DNA of 64,000 bases from Bdellovibrionota bacterium (GCA_044347345.1 JBIKUX010000004.1:51110-115109); one strand, 5' to 3'; counted from the first letter of the stretch, positions 42,784-52,905 are shown. Numbers and translations are program-made. The notes: generated by a model not told the origin, from the sequence alone.

Positions 42784-43362
42784 ATGCAGCCTCGGATTAT
42801 AGTTTTGTTTGGCCCGCCAGGTGCCGGAAAGGGTACTCAAGGGGAACGTTTAGCTCACTCGATCGGAGCTGGCTACATTCAGACGGGAGAAATTCTGCGC
42901 ACTGCAATGAAAGAGCTAAGTCCTCTTGGTGTTAAGGCAAAGGGGTTTATTGAAGCTGGCAATCTTGTACCTGATACGCTGATTAATGAACTAGTGCTTG
43001 ATCGTCTGAATCAGTTGGGATTGTTAACTAGTGATTTGATTTTAGACGGTTATCCCAGAACCTTAGCTCAAGCTACTTATTTAGACAGTTCTCTTGGTTC
43101 GGTAATAAGTTTGGCTATTAGGGTTATTGTTATTGAGGTTCCAGAAGAGATTTTGATCAGGAGGCTTAGCTCTCGAGCAATAAATGGTGGCGAGAATAGG
43201 CGGGTTGATGACAATGCTAGTATTGTTGAACACAGATTAAAAGTTTACGCGGCTGATACAGCACCGGTAATTGATTATTATAGAGATTCATCACGGGCTG
43301 TTTCGATAGATGGGACAGGCTCCATTGATGAAGTTTTTGAGCGTATTCAAAAGGCTATTTAA
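42784..43362 (+). CDS. adk: Adenylate kinase (short-LID form)
   Basis: GPPGAGKGTQ, LDGYPRT, R.DDN. Confidence 0.95.
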   Translation: MQPRIIVLFGPPGAGKGTQGERLAHSIGAGYIQTGEILRTAMKELSPLGVKAKGFIEAGNLVPDTLINELVLDRLNQLGLLTSDLILDGYPRTLAQATYLDSSLGSVISLAIRVIVIEVPEEILIRRLSSRAINGGENRRVDDNASIVEHRLKVYAADTAPVIDYYRDSSRAVSIDGTGSIDEVFERIQKAI

Positions 43363-43413
43363 GGCAGATTTAGTGTTTGCTTTGAAGAGTCAAGGTAATA
43401 TTTATGTTGAGGC

Positions 43414-43442
43414 TTGCAATAAAAAAAGAAATTTAATATAGT
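43414..43442 (+). promoter_or_regulatory. Putative sigma70 promoter upstream of rpmJ-rpsM (alpha operon)
   Basis: TTGCAA-N17-TATAGT. Confidence 0.55.
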
Positions 43443-43681
43443 TCGCCAACTCAGTAAAATTATGGTTGTACTTAATCGTGGGAAAACCTTTTTTGGCTCG
43501 GGTAAGGCTCACGGTTTAAAAAACTTAACTCACTAGTTAGTTCTAAAGTTGAGCTAAAAAAATCATTAAAAAGATGTGGTGGTGCTAAAAAAACCACTTT
43601 GTGTAGTTACTCAGATTAGAAAGGTTACTTAAAAAGTTTGTATATTGTAGACTGTTTAGGACTTTGAAGAAAGGATGTACG

Positions 43682-43798
43682 GTGAAAGTTAGAGCTTCAG
43701 TTAAACCGATCTGTGATTATTGTAAAGTAGTTCGCAGAAAAGGCAAAGTAATAGTAATTTGTAGTCGCACTCCAAAGCATAAGCAGCGACAGGGATAA
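43682..43798 (+). CDS. rpmJ: 50S ribosomal protein L36 (Zn-ribbon type); missed by the ORF track
   Basis: Own translation: [41 protein letters not shown] start after AAAGGA. Confidence 0.96.
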   Translation: MKVRASVKPICDYCKVVRRKGKVIVICSRTPKHKQRQG

Positions 43799-43891
43799 AA
43801 ACTTACCTATGTTATTAATCAATTGGTAAAGTAGGTTAATAAAAAATTACGCTAGTTAAATTATTGAGTTGTTAAAAAAAATAGAGCGAGT

Positions 43892-44275
43892 ATGCCACGA
43901 ATTGCCGGAGTTGATCTTCCACGAGACAAAAGAGTTGTAAGGGGACTAACCTATATTTATGGAATAGGTCTAAAGACATCAGAGCAGATTTTAAAAAAAG
44001 CCAATATTCCTGAATTTGTTCGTACAAATTCTCTAAGTGAGGATCAAGTAGCAAGAATTCGAGCTATTATCGAAGAAGAGTATACCGTTGAGGGTGATCT
44101 TCGTCGCGAACGGCAGATTGCTGTGAAAAGGCTGATGGATTTAGGTTGCTACCGAGGACTAAGGCACCGTCGTGGATTGCCTGCAAGGGGACAGCGTACT
44201 CGAACAAACGCCAGAACTCGCAAAGGTCCACGTCGTCAAGCTATAGCTGGAAAGAAGAAGCCTGGTAAGAAGTAA
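43892..44275 (+). CDS. rpsM: 30S ribosomal protein S13
   Basis: [34 protein letters not shown]. Confidence 0.98.
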   Translation: MPRIAGVDLPRDKRVVRGLTYIYGIGLKTSEQILKKANIPEFVRTNSLSEDQVARIRAIIEEEYTVEGDLRRERQIAVKRLMDLGCYRGLRHRRGLPARGQRTRTNARTRKGPRRQAIAGKKKPGKK

Positions 44276-44369
44276 TTTTAGGGTGTTATTTTTAGTCTGG
44301 GTTATCTAATTTTGTTGTAAAAATTTTCCTAAGTAAATCTTAAAAAAGAACACTAAAGGGGTCAGAATT

Positions 44370-44762
44370 GTGGTAGAAGCTAAAGCTACGATAAAGAAAA
44401 AGAAAGTTAAAAAAAATATTCCAACAGGTTTGGTTCATATTTATGCTACATTCAACAATACTGTTGTAACCATTACCGATCCATCTGGTAATGTAGTTAG
44501 CTGGTCGAGTGCTGGATGCGGTGGATTTAAAGGTTCTCGGAAGTCAACTCCATTTGCTGCGCAAGTGGCTGGTGAAGCGGCGGCTCGTAAGGCTAAGGAA
44601 GCTGGAATGCGTTCGGTTTCAGTATTTATTAAAGGGCCAGGGGCTGGTCGAGAGTCTGCTCTCAGGGCACTGGGTAGTGCTGGGTTAAATGTAACTCTTA
44701 TTAAGGATGTTACTCCTGTGCCTCACAATGGGTGTAGATCAAGGAAAAGTCGTAGAGTTTAA
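44370..44762 (+). CDS. rpsK: 30S ribosomal protein S11
   Basis: [29 protein letters not shown]. Confidence 0.98.
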   Translation: MVEAKATIKKKKVKKNIPTGLVHIYATFNNTVVTITDPSGNVVSWSSAGCGGFKGSRKSTPFAAQVAGEAAARKAKEAGMRSVSVFIKGPGAGRESALRALGSAGLNVTLIKDVTPVPHNGCRSRKSRRV

Positions 44763-44913
44763 ATCTGCTGAGTGTCAGAAAAATCATTACCATGTTATCT
44801 ATCGTGAAAAGTTTTTGATAGGACAGGTTTAATAAGTAAAAAAGTACCACTAAATAGGTTTGGGTGTAGAGTACAGAGCTATCACTCTCAAAAATTGTGT
44901 AAGCGAGAGAAAA

Positions 44914-45948
44914 ATGAAACGTTTTAGTCTTAAAGATTTAATTAAGCCAAAGAGAATCGAGCTCGCCGCTGACGGGTCAGGAATTTCAGGCGATTTAGCT
45001 ACCTATGGTAAATTTGTTGGAGAGCCTTTAGAGCGCGGTTTTGGTCTAACTATTGGGAATAGTCTAAGACGGATTTTACTGTCATCGCTCCAAGGGGCCG
45101 CAATCACTTCTGTTAGAATTGAAGGGGTAATGCATGAGTTTTCCACATTACCTGGAGTGGTCGAGGATATAACAGAAATAGTTCTTAATTTGAAAGAAGT
45201 TCTTCCGTTGTTGGAAGAGAAGGAGGAAGCGGTTATTCGTTTAGAGGCGGTAGGGCCGTGTGAAGTAAAGGCAGGTTTATTTCAGGGTGACCCTGCAGTA
45301 AAGATTTTAAATCCAGACGCTCACATTGCGTCCTTGGGTGATGGTGCGAAGTTATTAATTGAAGCAAAAGTTAGGCTAGGAAGAGGATACTCGCCAGCCG
45401 ATAGAAACAAGGAAGAGGATGCACCTGCTGGTACCATCTGTATAGATGCGATTTTCTCGCCTGTTCGAAGGGTCAACCATGTTGTTACCAACGCCAGGGT
45501 AGGGCAGCGGACAGACTACGATAAATTAACTCTTGAAGTATGGACAGATGGTAGCATTGATGCTCGTGCAGCAATAGCTCAAGCCGCTCATATATTGATA
45601 GACCAGCTTAGCGTTTTTGTCGGGGAAAATCTAATCCTTGAAGAAGAGGTAAAGCGTGTTGAGGAGCCACGAACTAAACTTAATGAACATCTATTCAAAC
45701 GAATGGAAGAGATTGAGCTTAGCGTTCGCAGTGCAAATTGTTTAGAAAATGCAGATATTAAGTACGTGGGTGAATTAGTTCAAAGGTCTGAGCCAGAGCT
45801 TTTACGAACTAAAAACTTTGGTCGAAAATCGTTAAACGAGATTAAAGACATCCTTGATAAGTTCGGTTTGGGTCTTGGTATGAAGCTGGATGACTTTCCA
45901 AGTCGTGAAGACCTAGATAATATTCGTAGTGGTGGTGGTGAGCAGTAA
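44914..45948 (+). CDS. rpoA: RNA polymerase alpha subunit
   Basis: EPLERGFGLTIGNSLRRILLSS, RVGQRTDYDKL, LSVRSANCL, NFGRKSLNEI. Confidence 0.98.
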   Translation: MKRFSLKDLIKPKRIELAADGSGISGDLATYGKFVGEPLERGFGLTIGNSLRRILLSSLQGAAITSVRIEGVMHEFSTLPGVVEDITEIVLNLKEVLPLLEEKEEAVIRLEAVGPCEVKAGLFQGDPAVKILNPDAHIASLGDGAKLLIEAKVRLGRGYSPADRNKEEDAPAGTICIDAIFSPVRRVNHVVTNARVGQRTDYDKLTLEVWTDGSIDARAAIAQAAHILIDQLSVFVGENLILEEEVKRVEEPRTKLNEHLFKRMEEIELSVRSANCLENADIKYVGELVQRSEPELLRTKNFGRKSLNEIKDILDKFGLGLGMKLDDFPSREDLDNIRSGGGEQ

Positions 45949-45957
45949 GGGTTTAAT

Positions 45958-46347
45958 ATGCGTCATAAATGTGGTCTACGAAAGTTAGGTCGGTCTTCTT
46001 CTCATAGAAGGGCACTGTTTAGGAGTCTAGCGACGCATCTTTTGCGTCATGGTGAAATTGAAACCACTGTTGAAAAAGCTAAGGAGCTCAGGCCTATTGC
46101 TGAGAGGTTAATTACTTTGGCAAAGGAAGACACAGTTCACCACCGTCGGAGGGCTTATTCTTATCTATACGATAAGGCAGTAGTTCAAAAGTTGTTTAAT
46201 GAGGTAGGTCCAAGTTTTAAGAGTAGGCCGGGTGGATACCTTCGAATTGTGCGAACTAGGCTTCGCGCTGGTGATAACGCAGAAATGGCCTTTATATCTT
46301 TTGTAACCGATAAGGTAGCACAAGGGGTTGTTGCTAAAGAAATCTGA
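45958..46347 (+). CDS. rplQ: 50S ribosomal protein L17
   Basis: MRH....RKLGRSSSHR, TTVEKAKELR, RPGGYLRI. Confidence 0.97.
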   Translation: MRHKCGLRKLGRSSSHRRALFRSLATHLLRHGEIETTVEKAKELRPIAERLITLAKEDTVHHRRRAYSYLYDKAVVQKLFNEVGPSFKSRPGGYLRIVRTRLRAGDNAEMAFISFVTDKVAQGVVAKEI

Positions 46348-46397
46348 ATAAATACTTGATTCGACACAAAGGCTATTGATTTCAATAAACAGAGCAT

Positions 46398-47168
46398 ATG
46401 CTGGATTTATCCAATAAAAAATATTTAGTTGTCGGTATAGCTAATGAAAAAAGCATTGCTTGGGGGATAGCGCAGTCTTTGCATCAGGCGGGGGCACAAC
46501 TCGCATTTACTTTTTTGAATGAGGCATTAGAAAAAAGAGTTAGACCTCTGGCTGAGGAAGTTGGATGTAAATTAGTCTTAAAGTGTGATGTTCAGAATGA
46601 TGATGAATTGGTGAGTGTAGCTGGTTCGATTAAGGAGGCCTGGGGTAGCCTTGATGGGATAGTCCATGCGGTAGCTTTTGCCGAGCGAGCAGACCTACAA
46701 GGTAGATTTATTGAAACATCCCGCTCCGGGTTTTACACTGCTCTTGATGTATCCGCATTTTCATTAATAGCTCTAGTAAGAGAGTTAAGGGGTTTGTTGG
46801 CTGTCAAAGGAGGTTCTGTTCTAACGCTTAGTTATCTCGGTTCGAATAGAGTAGTTGATAACTACAAAGTCATGGGCGTAGCTAAGGCTGCTTTGGAGAG
46901 CGCGGTAAGGTACATTGCATCTGATGTTGGCTCAGAGGGGATTAGGGTCAATTGTATAAGTGCTGGGCCAATTAAAACATTGGCTGCATCTGGTATTCCT
47001 AAGTTTAGAGAGATGCTTGCTCATGTGGCTGAACGATCACCGCTAAAGAGAAATGTTTCTCAAGAAGATATCGGAAGGGCGGCCTTATATTTTTTAAGTG
47101 AGCTCAGTGCGGCTGTAACTGGTGAGGTGCACTATGTTGATTGTGGCTATAATTTTGTTGGCCTGTAA
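46398..47168 (+). CDS. fabI: Enoyl-ACP reductase FabI
   Basis: GIANEKSIAWGIA, Y...MGVAKAALE, ISAGPIKTLAA, YVDCG. Confidence 0.95.
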   Translation: MLDLSNKKYLVVGIANEKSIAWGIAQSLHQAGAQLAFTFLNEALEKRVRPLAEEVGCKLVLKCDVQNDDELVSVAGSIKEAWGSLDGIVHAVAFAERADLQGRFIETSRSGFYTALDVSAFSLIALVRELRGLLAVKGGSVLTLSYLGSNRVVDNYKVMGVAKAALESAVRYIASDVGSEGIRVNCISAGPIKTLAASGIPKFREMLAHVAERSPLKRNVSQEDIGRAALYFLSELSAAVTGEVHYVDCGYNFVGL

Positions 47169-47192
47169 TCAGGTTTAAGTTGGAGTACTGTT

Positions 47193-47693
47193 GTGGACGA
47201 TGGTGCTTCGGAGTCAGGCAATAAAAAGAAAAGCGGTACTACTTCTTTAGAAAGTCACTCTGGGTTGGAGTGCCACTCAGCATATGACTCTTTATTAGAT
47301 AATCAACTTAGCGGTCAAGTAAGTGGTGCTTTAAGTATCGGTCGAATTATCATAGACCAATTTCGGCAAGGCTCAAATGGGCATGCTGAGACCGGTATTT
47401 TATCAAATAAAGAGCTTCCTGATAACCTCGCTGATCTTATTGAGGACTATAGTACTAGGGTTGATGATATATCTAAGATTGAGGTTGACTTCTCCGTCGC
47501 TTCAAGCGAGAACGGTTTAGTTCAAATGTTTCACGATTTAAATATTGTTCATGCCGAGATAATCTTGCATCTGGGTTCTTATCTTGATTTATTAAAGAGT
47601 GAACGTAACGGACTATACAATAGACTTACTGCTGTAGTTGCCTATTTGGAGCAGGGATTACCAGCAGAGGTGCGTAGTAGAAGACCAAGGTGA
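47193..47693 (+). CDS. Hypothetical helical protein
   Basis: 166-aa ORF between fabI and lptE; start uncertain. Confidence 0.55.
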   Translation: MDDGASESGNKKKSGTTSLESHSGLECHSAYDSLLDNQLSGQVSGALSIGRIIIDQFRQGSNGHAETGILSNKELPDNLADLIEDYSTRVDDISKIEVDFSVASSENGLVQMFHDLNIVHAEIILHLGSYLDLLKSERNGLYNRLTAVVAYLEQGLPAEVRSRRPR

Positions 47694-47745
47694 TAAATCT
47701 TTCCAATACTTCTTTCTAATAATTGTTTTCAATAATAGGGTGGAT

Positions 47746-48333
47746 GTGAAGAGTATAGCACTCATTATTCTTTTGTCTTGTTTCACAATTATTTCTGGAT
47801 GTGGATACGGTTTTCAAGGCGGAGGAACAATTCTTCCTGAGAATATAAGAAAGATTTATATTTCTCGTGTAGTTAATAAAACCACTGAACCAAACCTTAC
47901 TCAGTTGGTGGCAGAGGCATTAAGCGATGAGTTTAGCCGCTATGGTGTTATTGAGGTAGTAGAGTCAATTAGTGATGCTGACGCCGAGTTAACAGTACAA
48001 GTTAATCAAATTCGTAAAAGTACACGTGCAAGCACATCGGTAACTGATGTAGCATTACAGCAAGACCTGTATGTAACAGCATCTGGTACCTTGTTTGGTA
48101 AACAAATTTTATGGCAAGACCAAGCCATAACAGTAGTTCGTCCTTTTGGAGTGTCAGCAAGCTCAGTTGTTACATCTTCCGCAGACTTTGCATCAGGAAA
48201 TTTAGATACTCGAGATCTGGCGGGCTTAAGCGTAAGAGAAGTGTCACGTGGTCAGGAGCAACAAGCATTGGAAGATATCGCTCTTATCCTCGCTCGCCGA
48301 ATCTACACAGATGCAGTCTCTCCTGATTTTTAA
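47746..48333 (+). CDS. lptE: LPS-assembly lipoprotein LptE-like
   Basis: Lipobox IISGC followed by GY; LPENIRKIYI..VVNKTTEP.L pattern; GTG start 47746. Confidence 0.75.
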   Translation: MKSIALIILLSCFTIISGCGYGFQGGGTILPENIRKIYISRVVNKTTEPNLTQLVAEALSDEFSRYGVIEVVESISDADAELTVQVNQIRKSTRASTSVTDVALQQDLYVTASGTLFGKQILWQDQAITVVRPFGVSASSVVTSSADFASGNLDTRDLAGLSVREVSRGQEQQALEDIALILARRIYTDAVSPDF

Positions 48334-48476
48334 TAGTTCGTGCTCTTTAGTATTTTTAACTTTTAAGTTTCGAGACGAATTAAGAAGTAGTTGAGCTTTT
48401 TTTGGCTATTTTAGCTACTGACCGCAGTATTTACTGCCCGCTGTGTTTAATAGAACTAACGTTTAATCAGTATAGC

Positions 48477-48746
48477 CTATTGTGTGCTTTTGAAAGCCGC
48501 TTTGGCTAACCTACTAGCGTGCCGAGCTGCATTACGGGGGTGAAGTATTCCTTTAGTAGCAGCTTTAGCTAGAGCACTTTCGGCTAATTTAGCGGCTTCA
48601 GCTACTTCGAGGCTACCTGCTTTGCTACCAATTAAAGATCGCACTTTTTTCTCTAAAGTACGTATGCGTGCCTTAGTATTTCGATTACGAGTTCGGCGCT
48701 TAATATTTTGTCTATGTCGTTTTTCAGCAGATACGTGGTTGGCCAT
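48477..48746 (-). CDS. rpsT: 30S ribosomal protein S20
   Basis: MANHVSAEKRHRQ, KGILHPRNAAR. Confidence 0.96.
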   Translation of the reverse strand: MANHVSAEKRHRQNIKRRTRNRNTKARIRTLEKKVRSLIGSKAGSLEVAEAAKLAESALAKAATKGILHPRNAARHASRLAKAAFKSTQ

Positions 48747-48893
48747 TAAGCTTATCCAAAAAAAAATTGTTAGCTTGTCAAAAAGTGTTAAGTTGCTGTC
48801 TTGCCTAGCCTGAGTTGAAATTGTCCTTCTACTACAACTAGTAGAGATTTCCTATCACATTGGCCATGTATATTCAAGTTAGGGAGGTTCAAT

Positions 48894-49433
48894 TTAATTT
48901 TCTTTTCGTTCATTTGGAGGTTTCGCTATATGAGTTGGAAAAAAAGATTCGCTCCATGATTTTGTTGCTCCACGTTGACCTTGATAGTGACCTCTTCCGA
49001 GCTCGCCGTAAGCTATTGTAGGAGGTGATTCAAGTCCTAAAAATACTAATTGTGCAACACGCATTCCAGCAGTTAATATCCGAGGGTAGGGGCCTAAATT
49101 TTGTAACTCTAGAGTTACTTGTCCCTGAAAGTTAGCATCAATCCATCCGCTCATGCTGTGGTTTAGCCAAAGTCGTCCTAAGGAGCTTTTAAGTTTAAGG
49201 TCAGCAACTACGTCTCTAGGAAGTTTAATCTCCTCCGCAGTAGTAGCTAAAATGACCTCTCCAGGAAAAAGAGTGAAATTTTCTGCTTCAGTTTCTTCTG
49301 GTTCTCTAGTAGGGCATATCCAGTGAGAACCAAGAGTTACATCGTAGCTAGCTGGATTAACCTGTTCGGAGTTAAACGGAAGTATTCCACCTGCTTGACC
49401 AAATGCGATAATCCAATGATCGGGTTTTACCAT
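48894..49433 (-). CDS. dcd: dCTP deaminase
   Basis: QVNPASYDVTLG, KSSLGR, GWIDANFQGQVTLE, YQGQRG. Confidence 0.9.
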   Translation of the reverse strand: MVKPDHWIIAFGQAGGILPFNSEQVNPASYDVTLGSHWICPTREPEETEAENFTLFPGEVILATTAEEIKLPRDVVADLKLKSSLGRLWLNHSMSGWIDANFQGQVTLELQNLGPYPRILTAGMRVAQLVFLGLESPPTIAYGELGRGHYQGQRGATKSWSESFFPTHIAKPPNERKEN

Positions 49434-49462
49434 AACTTTTTTAAATATAAAAAATAGTGTCA

Positions 49463-50632
49463 ATGACAGTTAGCATAACAGGTACCCTTTTAGTGGTCGA
49501 TGATGAGGAGTCACATGGGATTATCATAGCTAAATTGCTACGGTCAAAGGGGTTCACTGTTTTTACAGCAAATTCAATACAGGAGGGATTACGCCTTATC
49601 GCTGATGTTAAACCTGATCTTATTTGTACTGATTTGCACATACCTGGTGTTACTCCAGCTGAAGTAGTTGAAAATTTTTCAGTCAAATGGCCGCAAATTC
49701 CAGTAGTAGTTCTCACTGGCTCAGTCAGAGTGGATGATGCGGTGACAGCAATGAAGTGCGGCGCTAAAGATTTCATAATAAAGAGTTTCGATGAACATTT
49801 TGCAGATGTTTTGTTAATTAGTATATCAAGGTCAATACGGGTAGCACAGCTTGAAGAGCAACAGAAACGCAGAGAGCGTTTTCAACGAGAATTACTCGCA
49901 ACTGTTACTCATGATCTTCGTGGTCCACTTACAGCTATAGTCCTATCTGGTGATTTAGTAGCTAGGCGCATTGAAGATAAGAGCTTGCAGGATGCAGCTC
50001 ATAGAATTGTGCGTACAGCTCGCAGAAGTATCGAGCTAGTGGATACATATCTCACGGCTTGTCAAGCTGAAGAGGGTTATCTAGTTTTAAGGCCTATCGC
50101 AACGGAATTAAAACCAGTTATACATCAAGTTTATGAGGAATATTTATCGTTATCAGAGCGTGCAGAGATAAAATTAGATATAAGATTATCAGTTATAACT
50201 TGGACTCTGGATGTAAATGTTTTTCATCGTGTTTTAAATAATTTGGTTAGTAACGCTATGCGTTATTCTCCGAAAGGAGGTACGGTTTCTCTAACTGTTG
50301 ACGAAGAGCCAAAAGGTTGGTTATTAGTTTCAGTCAGTGATGAAGGGCCAGGTATACCACAAGAATATCTGGCAGAGTTATTCCTGCGGTTTAGGCGAGT
50401 TAGTCCTGAAAAGTATAATCCTGAGTTGCTGCAAAAGGCGAGTAATAAGAGGATAGAAAAGACTTTAGCAGGAGGTTTAGGCCTTTATGTAGTTAGTATG
50501 TTAGTCACTTCTTCTGGTGGTACTGTCGAAGTAGCTAATGGAAAAAATAGTGGAGCAGTATTCTCTTTTCGCCTTCCAATAGATCCACCAGTAAATAGTG
50601 AAGGTGTGATTATATGTGCTATAGTCGACTAA
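49463..50632 (+). CDS. Cytoplasmic hybrid receiver-histidine kinase
   Basis: Receiver (LVVDDE, TDLHIP, FIIK); H-box THDLRGPL; NLVSNA, DEGPG, GLGL boxes; no TM. Confidence 0.9.
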   Translation: MTVSITGTLLVVDDEESHGIIIAKLLRSKGFTVFTANSIQEGLRLIADVKPDLICTDLHIPGVTPAEVVENFSVKWPQIPVVVLTGSVRVDDAVTAMKCGAKDFIIKSFDEHFADVLLISISRSIRVAQLEEQQKRRERFQRELLATVTHDLRGPLTAIVLSGDLVARRIEDKSLQDAAHRIVRTARRSIELVDTYLTACQAEEGYLVLRPIATELKPVIHQVYEEYLSLSERAEIKLDIRLSVITWTLDVNVFHRVLNNLVSNAMRYSPKGGTVSLTVDEEPKGWLLVSVSDEGPGIPQEYLAELFLRFRRVSPEKYNPELLQKASNKRIEKTLAGGLGLYVVSMLVTSSGGTVEVANGKNSGAVFSFRLPIDPPVNSEGVIICAIVD

Positions 50633-50674
50633 TAATTTACAACTTATAGAAAAGGTAAAATTCGGAAAAGGTCT

Positions 50675-51127
50675 ATGTGTCACTCTAGTCGATTATTTAT
50701 TTTTCTGATTGCCGTAACTTGTATTGCATGCGGTCCTCGTGGAGAAACTAGTAGTCTTGATGATGTTGTAGCTAATGCAAGGCAATTGTTCTACTCTAAC
50801 TCAGAGGGTAACTTAACTCCAAAGGTAAAGGATGAGCTAGTTGAGGTGGCTAAAAGGTTAGAAAAAGTAGTATCAAATTCTGTCTCTTCATCTCAAAATG
50901 CCGCTGACATTGCTCGTTATCTTGATCAGTTAATCGCTAAAGCTGGATATACTAGTCGTCCTGCTCTCGGGGAGCTTCTTAATCAGTGGACAGCCTTGGC
51001 CAATGCCCCTGAAGGTACTACTTATAAGCCAAGTGAGAGGCTTTTAGCCGCTAGAACCTTCTTTGCATTAGGTAGTGAGCTAGAGGGGGTGAGGTTTTCG
51101 CTTGAAGAGAGAGAGCGGAAATTATAA
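50675..51127 (+). CDS. Hypothetical lipoprotein
   Basis: Signal peptide with CIAC-G lipobox; helical mature part. Confidence 0.65.
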   Translation: MCHSSRLFIFLIAVTCIACGPRGETSSLDDVVANARQLFYSNSEGNLTPKVKDELVEVAKRLEKVVSNSVSSSQNAADIARYLDQLIAKAGYTSRPALGELLNQWTALANAPEGTTYKPSERLLAARTFFALGSELEGVRFSLEERERKL

Positions 51128-51138
51128 TCAGGACTGAC

Positions 51139-51840
51139 TTAAGAATTCGACTTATCACTGAGGAATTTCTTTAAGGCTCTTTCGGAAGCACTACTTTGAA
51201 GCACCAAGAAATCAGCTAAGTCATGGATAAAAAGATCTGTACCACCTTCAGCAAAAGTTTTGGCTAGTACTGATGCAGTACGCAGACCTTCTAAGTGGGT
51301 TTTGACGTTTCCTAAATCACCAGTGTTCGTTTTAGCCTCTCTAAGGCTGGTTGATACCTTATTCAGCGCGAGCATCAGCATTGCAGCAAGTGCTTCATTG
51401 CGGCTTGTAGCATTTTTTATTATTGGTGGGATTTGGTCTGTTCGAGTTGCTAACGTTAAAGCCTCTTCTACTGATTCTCCGGTGATTGGTTTACACAAAA
51501 ACCCTCTAGCTCCAGCAATTATGAGGTCAAATACTGCATCCGCCTGTGGATTATAGCATGATGGGATACATATTAGCCGAGGATCTTTTTGTAGTAGTTC
51601 TTGTAGAAAGAGAATTGGTGTACCGACTTTAGGGGCTGCATCAAACAGAACATAGAAAAACTTTTGCTCAGATAATCGCTCAAGAGCGCTGGTATAATCG
51701 GAAACTTCTACCACATTTATAAATCCAAGTTCGCTCAGTGAACCTTTTATGCTAAAACGTTGCATTCTCTCAGATTCAACTAAAAGCCAAGAGAGATCTT
51801 TACGACTACCTAAAGGAATTAGTTCGTCTAAAAGTGACAT
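51139..51840 (-). CDS. Atypical receiver-domain protein with helical C-domain
   Basis: LLVESE, VLFD, GARGFLCKP receiver pattern. Confidence 0.75.
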   Translation of the reverse strand: MSLLDELIPLGSRKDLSWLLVESERMQRFSIKGSLSELGFINVVEVSDYTSALERLSEQKFFYVLFDAAPKVGTPILFLQELLQKDPRLICIPSCYNPQADAVFDLIIAGARGFLCKPITGESVEEALTLATRTDQIPPIIKNATSRNEALAAMLMLALNKVSTSLREAKTNTGDLGNVKTHLEGLRTASVLAKTFAEGGTDLFIHDLADFLVLQSSASERALKKFLSDKSNS

Positions 51841-51944
51841 TTGATATTTAACAAAATTTTTTATTCCTTACATAAACCGTAGTTTATATCTGTAAATCGG
51901 TGAGTATAAATAATTTTCATTTATCAGTTAATGTTACAAACGAT

Positions 51945-52012
51945 TTATCGTTAGTACTATCCGCATCTATACGATCTAAATAGTTTAGTCGGTTTAAGTC
52001 ATCATTTTCTTA
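51945..52012 (-). promoter_or_regulatory. Two tandem sigma28-like promoter motifs
   Basis: TAAG-N15-ACCGACTA (52012-51986) and TATA-N15-AACGATAA (51971-51945). Confidence 0.4.
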
Positions 52013-52097
52013 AATTTTGTTGTTAATACACCGTATAGTGGTATGTTAAGACTCCATTATTTGAAAAATACTATATTCGATAAAAAGAGAGATTATT

Positions 52098-52898
52098 TTG
52101 CAAAGTATTCGTTTAGCTTGCTTTGGTGATGTTGTTGGAAAATCAGGTCGAGCGGCTCTTCGCCGTAGGTTGAATGATATTAGGCGTGAACTAGATCTTA
52201 GTTTTGTTCTTGTTAATGGTGAAAATTCTGCAGGTGGACTTGGTATTGATCCAGATAGTGCTAATGAAATTTTTAATGCTGGAGCTAATGTCATAACATT
52301 AGGCGATCATGCTTTCAATCGAAGAGAAGTTTTAGGTATCTTTGATCGTGATAGGCGAGTCATTAGACCTTTTAATTATCCGCCGGAAACACCTGGTTTC
52401 GGTTGGTTCAAATATGCACTATCTCCAACGCTAAATATCGGAGTTTTTACGGTTTTAGGTACCGTATTTATGGGAGAGGGAAAAGTATCTTGTCCTTTTC
52501 GAGCTGCAAAAGAGGTGTTGTCAGGTCCTTTATTGGATTGTGAAATACTATTAGCAGAGATACATGCAGAGGCAACATCGGAAAAAAGTGCTTTTGGTTG
52601 GTATTTGGATGGGTTAGTGACATTAGTATTTGGTACTCATACCCATGTTCTCACAGCTGATGAAAGAATACTCCCGAAAGGAACCGGTTTTATCACAGAT
52701 ATTGGAATGTGTGGCCCCAGTGAAAGTGTGATAGGAATGGACATTGATACAGCACTTCATCGATTTACATCTCCTTTGCCACGGTCCCATAAGGTTGGTC
52801 GTGGTGATGCTATAATAAATGGATTAGTTATAGAGTACGACTTAAGTGCAAATAAGCTCCTGTCTTTATCAAGAATTACTGAATCAGTAAAGGTTTAA
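52098..52898 (+). CDS. ymdB: YmdB-family metallophosphoesterase
   Basis: GDVVGKSGR, NGENSAGG, HAEATSEK, GTHTHV, TDIGMCGP. Confidence 0.9.
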   Translation: MQSIRLACFGDVVGKSGRAALRRRLNDIRRELDLSFVLVNGENSAGGLGIDPDSANEIFNAGANVITLGDHAFNRREVLGIFDRDRRVIRPFNYPPETPGFGWFKYALSPTLNIGVFTVLGTVFMGEGKVSCPFRAAKEVLSGPLLDCEILLAEIHAEATSEKSAFGWYLDGLVTLVFGTHTHVLTADERILPKGTGFITDIGMCGPSESVIGMDIDTALHRFTSPLPRSHKVGRGDAIINGLVIEYDLSANKLLSLSRITESVKV

Positions 52899-52905
52899 CT
52901 AGTTG

